Assembly (NCBI RefSeq): GCF_001194135.2
Contig: NC_068990.1
Span: 63,802,703-63,866,702 of the forward strand
Direction of reading: 5' to 3'
Origin: Octopus bimaculoides
Lineage: Eukaryota
DNA length: 64,000 nt
Shown: piece by piece, positions 1 through 10,829 of the stretch
Numbering within the stretch: the stretch's first letter is position 1
Layout: each line of letters begins with the position of its first letter
The notes under the pieces: generated by a model
Told to the model about the DNA's origin: nothing
The model's input: only the letters and a program-made list of their open reading frames with translations
Database searches by the model: none
Translations under genes and position numbers: made by a program

Positions 1-524
1 CGATCGCGAGGGAATGCAACTTTCAAAGCTAACCTCCTAAAAACTTTTAACTTAACGGTAAACCAATGGTTTCATAATTAACACACCAAAACTATGCAGT
101 AAGCTGCATCTTTTATTCATCAGTACACGTATGGTCAAGAAACATGAAGAATAAACAAAAATCAACATACCCTGATGTACCCAACACAGTACATAGACGA
201 TTGTTCATCCTTATATATCCGTGAAAGAGGCAGGCTTTTTAAGTTACACTTCGGCAACATGTGCTTTTACAGAATAATATTCAGCACTGAATATATTCTA
301 ATTATTCATAATATAATGTAAGGATAAAATCTTTATAAGAATTTATCAAGTAGTCAGCGTGGAAAAACCTCATAAGGAAAAAGAACATCATTTTTTTTCC
401 ATAAATATATAATTTAATTTATATAAGGGCATTACTATACAATAATACCTCACGCTGAGAGGGACATCATAAGTCAAAACTACCAAAATAAACACATTTT
501 TACCGATCGCGAGGGAATGCAACT

Positions 525-1246
525 AGTATGCTCTGTTGGACGTGTAATGTCAGTGTGCATGCACAACAGAATGTAAGCATCCTGAAAGTAAAGTTGGACA
601 TAAGAAGCATCAGATGTGGTGTGCAAGAGAGACGACTGTGCTGGTATGGTCACATGTTGCATATGGCTGAGGTCAGCTGTGTGAAGAAGTGTCACATTCT
701 AACACTGGAGGGAACCTGCGAAAGAGGTAGACCCAGGAAGACATAGGACGAGGTGGTGAAGCATGATCTTTGAATGTTGGGCCTCACAGAGGCAAAGACA
801 AGTGACCAAGAGCACTGGAGATATACTTCGCTTGAGAAGACCCACCAAGCCAAGTGAGATCATAGTTGTTGTCGATGCCAGTGTTGCATAGCTAGCCCAT
901 TAAAAGCACCCATGAATCGTTGGACAGTATGCTGTGATTGTGAAGACCTGTCTAACAGAAGGAAATCGTAGTCCTGGCCAGTGCCAGTGCTGTTTGACTG
1001 GCACCCCTGCTGGAGCATCATTCGAGCATTGAGCCTCATGAAAGCAGTGAGAGATGACCAAGACCTTTAGCGATATACTGTGCTTGTGTAGACCTGTCAG
1101 GCCAAGTGAGACCGTAGTCATGACCAATGCTGGTGTCAGGTTACTGCTACATAAAATACACCCACTACACCCTCGGAGCAGTTGGTATTAGAAAGAGCAT
1201 CTGGCCGTATAAGCCTTGTGAAACCAGATCGGAACCTGGTGCAGCT
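525..1246 (+). mobile_element. RTE-clade LINE 3' fragment (ORF C-terminus plus 3' UTR), decayed
   Basis: ORF 528-746 reads ERRLCWYGHM...GRPRKT, matching the RTE C-terminal RLRWFGHV.RM...RGRPRKTW pattern, with stops. The downstream sequence shares the cccactacac...gttgg..ttag.aag.gcatc segment with SINE-like family 3. Confidence 0.8.
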
Positions 1247-1756
1247 AACCACTGCTATTTATTTAGCATTATATTCAACATCTCAAAGACATTCACACAC
1301 AAAAAAGAAAAGAAAGAAGAAAAGTACCTTAAACACATTCTAAATAGTGATTTCAAATTTTGGCACAAGGCCAGCAATTTCAGAGGAGGGGATTAGGGTG
1401 AACAATAAAGTTGACCTCAGCTGAATTTTAACTCAGGACATAAAGACAAGCAAAACACCGCTGAACATTTTGCCTGATGTACTAACAAAACTGCCCACTC
1501 ACCACCTTAAACACACATTCTAAATAGTAACAAACACATTTGACCTCAGTAAAGAAACCATGACGCTAATAGGTTTACTAATTGATAAACAATATAAAAT
1601 TCTTCAGGTGTTATGTCAACTCTGCCTGTGGGGGTCTGACACAAACACATACACGTACATGCTTAGAACAGCTTTATAACAACTCTTTTGTATCACCAAT
1701 GAACAGTCTCAGTGAATTGACCTGGGACGTGTTGCAACTATAGCCATATCTAAGTG

Positions 1757-1985
1757 ACAACAACTACAACAGCTACTACTACTGCTGCTACTACGACTAC
1801 TACTACTATTACTACGACTACTATTATTACTACTGCTACTGCTGCCACTACTACTACTGCTGCTACTACTACTACTGCTGCTGCTACTACTACTACCACT
1901 ACTACTATCATTACTACTACTGCTGCTGCTGCTACTACTACCACTACTACTACCACTACTACTACCACTACTACTACTACTACTA
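1757..1985. repeat. Compound (ACT)n/(GCT)n microsatellite
   Basis: Direct inspection; source of the poly-T/V/S ORFs. Confidence 0.95.
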
Positions 1986-2386
1986 GACCGGTTCCAACTA
2001 GCATCAAGCTGAAAACAAGATAAGACCATAAAATCCTGTATACCAGTCTATTCCTCTCTTCCATATCCAATTTTCCTACCCTCTGCCTCCTGACAATTTA
2101 TTTGTCACAGAAGCCAATACATTATACATCATCATCATCATCATCATCCTCCTCCACCTCATCATCATCATCATTATCAGCAGTGGTAATTATGGTGGGT
2201 GGTAGTGGCTACAAAGGTAGTAGGTTGAAGCACTTTGCAGCTGGAACAACAGGTTTTAATTGGTCAACATCTGTTGCTATTGACAACAGATCTTGGTTGA
2301 GTTGGTGGAGTTGATGGGTTTATTGGTCAGGCTATACATACAAACACATGTATTTGTGCGTGTGCATATGTACATGTGTGTATGTA

Positions 2387-2434
<48 letters not shown>

Positions 2435-2527
2435 AATCCATCATCATCGTCATCATCATTGTCATTGTTTTACATCTAACAGGTTGGGTTTCTATGCTGA
2501 CATAGGGTCACACAAGTTGTGCCACTT

Positions 2528-2870
2528 CATCATCATCATCGTTTAACGTCCGCTTTCCATGCTAGCATGGGTTGGACGATTTGACTGAGGACTGGTGAAA
2601 CCGGATGGCAACACCAGGCTCCAGTCTGATTTGGCAGAGTTTCTACAGCTGGATGCCCTTCCTAACGCCAACCACTCAGAGAGTGTAGTGGGTGCTTTTA
2701 CGTGTCACCCGCACGAAAACGGCCACGCTCGAAATGGTGTCTTTTATGTGCCACCCGCACAAGCCAGTCCAGGGGCACTGGCAACGATCTCGCTCGAAAA
2801 TCCTACAGGAGCCAGTCAGGCGGTACTGGCAACGGCCACGCTCAAAATGGACTTGTCATGGACTTTTGTC
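2528..2870 (-). mobile_element. SINE-like family 3 (RTE-tail type, ends AAACGATGATG), young copy. Others: 10509-10733(+), 20859-20965(+), 29540-29835(+), 30274-30460(-), 35278-35540(-), 42677-42834(-), 49170-49335(+), 52348-52640(-); ends approximate
   Basis: Recurrent block catcatcgtttaacgtccgctttccatgctagcatgggttgga...gctggatgcccttcctaacgccaaccac in both orientations. Confidence 0.9.
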
Positions 2871-2924
2871 ATGAGGTACACACAAGCTATGAAGAAAACC
2901 AACAACTTTGACGTTGTTATTCAT

Positions 2925-3030
2925 CACACACACACACACACATACATATAGTATACATATACAAACATACATATATACATATATACACATACATATATTA
3001 TATATCTATGTATGTATTTATATATATATG

Positions 3031-3061
<31 letters not shown>

Positions 3062-3091
3062 ATGTATATATATATATATGTGTGTGTGTGT

Positions 3092-3129
<38 letters not shown>

Positions 3130-3169
3130 AAATGTGTATATATATATACACATATATATACACACACAC

Positions 3170-3213
<44 letters not shown>

Positions 3214-3234
3214 TATATACATATATATATACAC

Positions 3235-3313
<79 letters not shown>

Positions 3314-3416
3314 TAAATGTATATATACATACATATATATATTTATATATATATATACATAGATACACACACACATGCAAGTATGTTGTAAATGTGTGTG
3401 TGTGTGTGTGTGTGTG
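2925..3416. repeat. Compound (TA)n/(CA)n/(TG)n microsatellite
   Basis: Direct inspection. Similar tracts lie near 10140-10247, 26225-26470, 40861-40918, 51110-51410 and elsewhere. Confidence 0.95.
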
Positions 3417-3963
3417 TTTCAGATTGGCTACTTAGATATAAACACATCAAAGTCAATTGCAGTTATAGCAGAACAGCTACAGTCGATGGATGTTATTGTG
3501 TAAAGGATTGCAATGTCTTATGTAAACACTTACTGCACGGAAAGAAAATATTGACTGCTCGAATGAGATGGCCTTCCCAATGGTGTCCAATTATAGCTGG
3601 CAGATTTTATCAAAGTTTGAACTGATCTAGGGGTGGTAGTGTTTTGGGCAGTGGTAGATATGGTGTGGGTGGTAACATGAGCATGTGGTGCTGGACATGT
3701 TGGTAAAAGTAGTGACCAATATGGCAGCAGATTATAATTAAATCATCATCTCATTAGGTCACAGTACCTGTGTTGTTAATATGCTATAGTGCACTTTTTA
3801 ATTAAACTATATGCTAAAGGTGGTGATGGTAATTCAAGACTTACTTAACTCTTTAGCATTTAAACTGGCCATATCCAGCCTCTCACACCTACTCTGTAAT
3901 GTCATTCTAAAAATAACAATCACATCTTTGAAATTTCAAAGCTACACGATAATACATGATTAA

Positions 3964-4348
3964 TAGGTGCAAGTGTTGCTGTGAAATAAGAAGCTTGCTT
4001 CCTAACCACATGGTTCTGGGTTCAGTTCCAGTGCGTGATACCTTGGGCAAGTGCCTTCTACTATAGCCTTGGGTTGACCAAAGCATTGCAGAAACTGAAA
4101 GAAGCTCATCATATGTATGTGTGTATGTGTATGCTTATGTCTGTATTTGTCCACTGCCACCACTTGACAACTGGTGTTGGTGTGTTTATGTCCCCGTAAC
4201 TTAGCAGTTTGGCAAAAGTGACCGATAGAATAAGTACCAGCTTATAAAAAATAAGTATTAGGGTCGATAGATTCAACTAAAAATTCTTCAAGGCACTGCC
4301 CCTGCATGGTCACAGTCTAATGACTGAAACAAGTAAAAGATAAAAGAT
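3964..4348 (+). mobile_element. SINE family 2 (tRNA-like head plus CORE-like domain). Others: 4817-5240, 17860-18020, 49381-49745, 50231-50631, 63290-63712, 63724-64000 (+); 27105-27280, 28740-28880, 40480-40620, 56880-57045 (-); ends approximate
   Basis: Shared head gtggtaagaagcttgcttcccaaccacatggttctgggttcagtcccac, a CORE-like CACCTTGGGCAAGTGTCTT, an internal microsatellite, and tail gaaacaagtaaaagataaaaga. Confidence 0.88.
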
Positions 4349-7300
4349 ACTGTAATGCTACCACCACCACCACCGTTTACTTGCACTGCAAATGTTATTT
4401 ATTTATTCATTCATTTTTAACAAAGTCATTCCACCTGTGACCATTCCTTCTGTACTAAAAAAAACTCAGGACCACATTAACAGCATGTACTGTTCTAAGA
4501 TAATAATGTGTGATTCAAAGGAGATTTAGCTATTATTTTTAGTATCTTGAGCAACCAAGTACAAACTTCCTTGTTGACTTAAGTTTCTTATGTAATGGTT
4601 GTGGTTGTGATGGTATGGCTGGTTGGTCTTAATTATAATATATAGTGGGTGGAGTGATGGTGGTGGTAGCAGAGGTGGGGATTATAGTGTAAAAAACATT
4701 TGTGAATTGATGTTCTGGAACATTCTTTGGGTTAGATGGCCAGATAGAGCAGTTGTTCTCAACCAGGGTCCATATGACCCTTTGGGGTCCATATAAGTTC
4801 TTGTTGTAAACATTTACGTGACCGTGTCGTAAGAAGCTTACTTCCCAACCACATGGTTCTGGGTTCAGTCTCACTGTGTGGCACCTTGGGCAAGTGTCTT
4901 CTACTATATCCTTGGGCCAACCAAAGCCTTGTGAGTGGATTTGGTAGACAGAAACTGAAAGACGCTTGTCATATACATACATATATATATATGTATGTAT
5001 GTATGTATGTATTTATATATTTCTGTGTCTGTGCTTGCCCCCCTGCCATCACTTGACAGCCAATGCTGGTGTGTTCATGTCTCTGTAACTTAGCAGTTTG
5101 GCAAAAGAAATCAATAGAATAAGTACTAGGTTTACAAAAAATAAAGACAAAGTCCTGGGGTCGATTCATTTGACTGGAATCCTTTAAGGCAGTGCTCAAG
5201 CATGGCCTCAGTCAAATGACTGAAACAAGTAAAAGAATAATACATGAACTATTTTTTTGTACAATTCCTGATAATATTTAATCATACAAATATAATAGGA
5301 GTTTTTAAGCATTGAATGGATAAGTGTTCCACCTCCCCTTCATCTGGCTGTCAGAGTAAAATAGGAATCAAAGGGGTCCAAGGCGAAAGAATGGTTGAGA
5401 AACACTGAGACTCAGAAACAAAGCTTTGTGTGAGCAGGTAAATGAGCAACCTATCAAAACCCAGATCAAGAGGAGGAAATGAGATTGACTAAGACACATT
5501 TTACAGAAACCCATTTCCAACATTACAAGACAAACCCTTTTAGGGGACACCTCATAGGAGATGGAAGCGTGGCAAACCCAAAACAACATGAAGATCCACA
5601 GAAGCTGAGGCTCTGTTAATTAGTTATAACCTAGAGACAATTACAATCCATTTCCAATGATCAAGACAAACAGAGATCACTTGTTGATATCCTATGCTCC
5701 ACATGGAGTCAAAGGAATTAACACAGAAGAGATACTACAACATAGTAGAATGTCATTAGTAATATAATGGTGGTGGTGGTGGTCATCATGGTGGTGGTGG
5801 TCATCATGGTGGTGGAGTAGGAATGACTTATTGTAGAAAAGGCAGATGGTTTGGTGGTGTAATTTTAGTACCATAATGTCTTCTCCTAACTCTTGATGAA
5901 GTTTTCATGGCACTGTCCTGATATTATGGTAAGAGACAAACATCTAAACCTGGAGGAACACATTCTTCTCCAGCCTTGACCACAGCCAGTGTCTTCCAGA
6001 GAATGACAAAACCAATCTTCACCATTGAGTTGCTACTTTATTTAGTGACCCCAAAAATATGACAGGCAAAGTTTTCCTTTTTATATTTTCATTTGCTTAG
6101 TCTGGAGGAAGGAGTGAAGCCCATGTACCTTGAAGGCATTCATGACTTGTGTGACTGATGTCATTAATGTTTCATTTAAGCTGTTGCAAGCCATTATCTG
6201 CAAGAATTATATAAGAGGAGAATGACATAAGAGAGTAGGTCATCAGTGGATTTGGCTCAGCAGAAGTCATGCTACTGGTCACTGAAAAGAGAGAGAGGGG
6301 GGAAGAGAGAAAGAGAGAGAGGGGGAAGAGAGAAAGAGAGAGATGTTAGAAGTGAAAGTAATGAGGAATTAGTTGACTGAGGAAGAGGAGTGAATTAGGA
6401 AAGTGATAGACGGAGCAGATGTATTTGGGGGAATGAGAGAGGAAGAATTTGAAAAAGAGAAACTGGAATGCATTATTGCTGAAATCCAGGTGAGACAGAT
6501 GAGGGACAATGTAAGTGGAGTCCAGGTATACTCTCCTTTTGGAGAGAAATTTGAGCAGGGAACCTATCCTGGATAATGGAGATGGATTGCGGATAGAGGT
6601 TGAGAAATTTGCATCTTAGAGAGAAACGAGACGTGGTTTGTGAAAATACAAGAGGTGATTTGGTAGGATATGAAACTGCAACACAGACAACCAAAAGGAA
6701 TAATACAAGATATTTAATGATTTTGCCAATTTACCTCATTACTGTTATGGTACGGTTACTTTTGATTAAATTATAGATAAGGCATATAGTAAAGCAGTGA
6801 ACCAGTGATGAGCTGATTAGAAACCTGTAACCAATAATGCTATTGTTTACAATGATTGATATAAAATAAATAAATTACAATGTTGGCAGTGTTCATCATA
6901 GAAGCACTTTAGCAGTGAGCAGAGTATATAGTAGTAGTCACAGTGATGGCATTATTGTGTCTTAAAATTTAATAAAGCATTACACCCTGGACACAAGGTA
7001 TTTATATAATTAGAAAGAAAGAAAGAAAAAGGAATTTTCTTTAATAGTTAAGTTAGGAGGAAGAGGATGTGTCCTTGACCTTCAAATGACCTTCCATGAG
7101 GTGGATGAGACTGACATTCATCTTGAACAAATACTGGCTGATAACAACAGAAAAAAACAAGAGCAAGAAAGAAATTCCAGTGGGATGCATATCCAGTGGA
7201 AAGGATTGATCGGTTAGGGGATTAGTGTGAAGCCTGTGTGATTGGGAATGAGGTAAACAATATGAGTTATAGGAAGAGGAGAAACTAATGAGTTGGGTGA

Positions 7301-7506
7301 ATCTAAAGTGATTAATGAGAAGTTTTGATTAGTGCAATATTGACATTGTGATATATCACAATATTGTGATTGGTATTTTAGTCATGTTTTATGGTACTTT
7401 TTGGTCGCTAGTAATGTCTGCTTTGCTGTGCACTAACCCTCCCTCTATTACTCTCTCTCCAATCTGATCTAAAGTTTTCAACAAATTCAATTTTTGTTCT
7501 TTCCAG

Positions 7507-7556
7507 TGGAAGATGCAAAGAAAAGATCTGGCTCTATTTCAAGACCACTATCAAAG
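7507..7556 (+). CDS. Putative upstream dynein exon, (V)EDAKKRSGSISRPLSK
   Basis: Polypyrimidine tract plus ttccag acceptor, AAG|gttggt donor, open frame, and a phase-0 end that fits the next exon. No homology support; an alternative frame and donor exist. Confidence 0.5.
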
Positions 7557-8400
7557 GTTGGTAATATATTTCATATTCAAAACATTTATATCCTCATCAT
7601 CAGTTTTTACATATACTTTTCCATGTTGGTATGGATTCTGACAGGGCCATTTTAACACAATGTCTCACAGCTGTCATGGTCCCTGTTACCATTCTGCAAT
7701 CAGACTTCATTACCTTTTCCCATGTATTTTTTGGAATTTCTGTTTCACAGGTTCTTTCCTTTAGCATCATTCAGCATGCTTTTACCCAACTATCATTTGT
7801 TATATACTCCACATGTCCATACCAATGCCATCTTCTCTCATTTTCAGTATGGCTAATACTTCTAAGATCCATTTTTTTTCTCAGTACATTTACTTGTGCT
7901 CTGTTATATAGGTATTACATGTCTATCAGAACTTCTGCAGAATCTCAACTTTCAGCTCCCATATTTTGCAACTATACAGCACAACACTTTATTGCACAAA
8001 CATAGAATTCACTTTTTTCTCAGAAAAAAAAATCCCTTTCTTGCCAGCAGAGGTAATAATTCACTGAAAATTTTTCCACTCGGTTATTTTGATTACTATG
8101 CTTACACACCACTCATCTTTTCTATTGAATTAGGTTATTTAGGTTACAGAAGCTATCAACTATTTCAAGCCATCTTTTCTGGTTATATGAAAGACTTCAT
8201 TTCATGAGTGTCGTTACTGTTAACTACTTCTGTATATATCCATTGTAAATGAAATCCTTTTGTGTCAGCTTGCCTCAGACCCACTGTGCCTTTGGAATAC
8301 CTATTGCTTGCATTTAGTATATCATTTAAAATTAATTACTACTCTCCTTTGGCATTTCAAATATAGCACCATTTTCCTGTTGATATTAGTTTTTAGTTAA

Positions 8401-8945
8401 GGCATCAAGCTGTCAGAAATGTTAACATGCCGGGCGAAATGTTTAGCAGTATTTTGTCTGCCATTACATTCTAAATTCAAATTCCGCCGAGGTCAACTTT
8501 GCCTTTCATCCTTTCGGGGTCGATAAATTAAGTACCAGTTACACACTGGGGTCGATGTAATTGACTTAATCCCTTTGTCTGTCCTTGTTTGTTCCCTCTA
8601 TGTTTAGCCCCTTGTGGGTAATAAAGAAATCCTCTTTTGGGGTCAATAAATTAAGTACCAGTTGCATACTATGGTCGATCTAATCAACTGCCCTCCCCAC
8701 CAAACATTTGGGCCTTATGAAATGAAGTCTTTCATATAACCAGAAATGTTAGCATGCTGGGCAAAATGCTTAGCAGTATTTTGTCTGTCTTTATGTTCTG
8801 AGTTCAAATTCCACCAAGGTTGACTTTGTTTTTCATCCTTTTGGGGTCAATAAATTAAGTACCAGTCGCAAAGTAGGGTCGATCTAATTGACTAGCCCCC
8901 CCCCCTCTCCCAAAATTTCGGGCCTTGTGCTTAGAGTACAAAAGG
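8401..8945 (+). mobile_element. Cluster of SINE family 1 copies. Others: 9607-9810, 22530-23215, 58836-59065 (+); 14305-14475, 14750-14955, 17230-17610, 23870-24065, 51860-52265 (-); ends approximate
   Basis: Shared head with B-box-like gagttcaaattc and central block gcctttcatcctttcggggtcgataaattaagtaccag. Confidence 0.9.
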
Positions 8946-10247
8946 ATATTAGTGTTTGGTTTCTTTCTTTGCAAACTAAAACTTTTGTTCTTGCTAAATT
9001 GAACTTTGGGTTCCTTAGCTTTAGATGCTTCCATATTTGGCTCTTTGGATAGATCCAGCAATAAGTACTAGACCATACAGAAGTTTCCACAGAGTCAATG
9101 TCTTTATTATACCCAGGAGAATATAGTAAACAAGAAGCAACTGAGAACTGGACCCTAATGGGCATCTATCTGCATACTAAATTCCCACTGGACTTTGTTA
9201 ACTCATATTTTGTTGGGAACACCATTCTCCATGGCTTGCATGGGACCCATATTCATTTACCCCCAGTTTTCTTAGTAACCACCAGACTATGATGCATGAC
9301 ACCCTGCTAAAATCTTTCTCCAAATCATTGAGTAATAGATCTAATGGTTTGTTCTTGTCTAAGATTTCCAATGGATGCTACAGTTAAAAAAAAAACAAAT
9401 CAAAGGCAACAGTGTATCCATGCCCTGATACTAACTGAAACAATATCACATCTAGGTTAGTCCTCTCCCTGATTAGACTGACCTCTCTGTGCTATATTAA
9501 TAACTTCCATCACTTTATTCCTTTTTTAAAACACCCCCTTTACCCTTGTAGCGGCTGCTGACACTATTACTTGGCCAATCATTGGGGCAATAGCTCTCTC
9601 TACACTAAGGCGGTGAACTGGCAGAAACATTAGCTTCGCGGTATTTCGTCTGTCTTTACGTTCTGAGTTCAAATTCCATCAAGGTCGACTTTGCCTTTCA
9701 TCATTTTGGGCTCGATAAATTAAACACCAGTTGCGTCCTGAGATCAATCTAGTCGACTGGCCCCTCCCCAAAAATTTCAGGCCGTGTGCCTCGAGTAGAA
9801 AAGAATATCTCTCTCTACACTACTTGTGTAATTATACAAATAACCAGTGCATGTCCTACGTCACTGAATATTTTCAGCATCTTGGTCACTATGGAAATGA
9901 TGGTAGATAAATTGTATGGTTTCAGAAGGGGACTACTTCGAAGGAGAATAAACTCTGAATTGATCTGTGTTGTAGTTTTCTTTTTATAGCACAAGCCTTG
10001 ATACTTTCTGATCAGACTTCGTATAATTTCAAACCATCTTTACAGATAGTTTATGATTTGCTCATCTTGCAGCTGGCTACATAAGAATCAAACATAAATC
10101 TGGTAAAACCCACTGAGTTCTTATTTTCTGTTCTTCTCCTACACACACACACTCACACATACACATACACATGCACATGCACACACATATATACATACAC
10201 ACACAAACATACATATATATATACATATGCACACACATACATATATA

Positions 10248-10508
10248 NNNNNNNNNNNNNNNNNNNNNNNNNNNNNNNNNNNNNNNNNNNNNNNNNNNNN
10301 NNNNNNNNNNNNNNNNNNNNNNNNNNNNNNNNNNNNNNNNNNNNNNNNNNNNNNNNNNNNNNNNNNNNNNNNNNNNNNNNNNNNNNNNNNNNNNNNNNNN
10401 NNNNNNNNNNNNNNNNNNNNNNNNNNNNNNNNNNNNNNNNNNNNNNNNNNNNNNNNNNNNNNNNNNNNNNNNNNNNNNNNNNNNNNNNNNNNNNNNNNNN
10501 NNNNNNNN
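10248..10508. other. Assembly gap (N run); other gaps at 18110-18225, 27788-27879, 36716-36786
   Basis: Runs of N, each abutting a microsatellite. Confidence 1.
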
Positions 10509-10781
10509 GGCACATAAAAGACACTATTTCGAGCGTGGCCGTTTTCGTGCGGGTGACACGTAAAAGCACCCACTACACTCTCTGAGTGGTTGGCGTTAGG
10601 AAGGGCATCCAGCTGTAGAAAATCTGCCAAATTAGATTGGAGCCTGGTGTTGCCATCCGGTTTCACCAGTCCTCAGTCAAATCGTCCAACCCATGCTAGC
10701 ATGGAAAGCGGACGTTAAACGATGATGATGATGATTATGATGATGACACACACATAAATAGATACACACACACATAAATAG

Positions 10782-10829
<48 letters not shown>

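Noticed and set aside
1709-2070. Poly-Ser/Thr/Val ORFs
   Set aside because: They are translations of an (ACT)/(GCT) microsatellite in several frames, with no splice or domain support.
2595-2951. Duplicated MKPDGNTRLQS... ORF (also 10139-10666)
   Set aside because: It is an antisense reading of a family-3 repeat; the identity reflects repeat youth, not a gene family.
2908-3435. YI/HT/CV-repeat ORFs (also near 10139-10666, 17819-18730, 26203-26521, 51099-51559)
   Set aside because: Dinucleotide and tetranucleotide repeats or N gaps simply lack stop codons.
6400-7330. Possible very old Penelope-like coding relic on the minus strand (also about 48380-49130)
   Set aside because: No diagnostic RT or GIY-YIG motif could be read with confidence.
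1-7506. First exon or promoter of the dynein gene, including an RFX X-box
   Set aside because: No convincing ATG exon with a phase-1 donor or X-box was found; it may lie outside the window.
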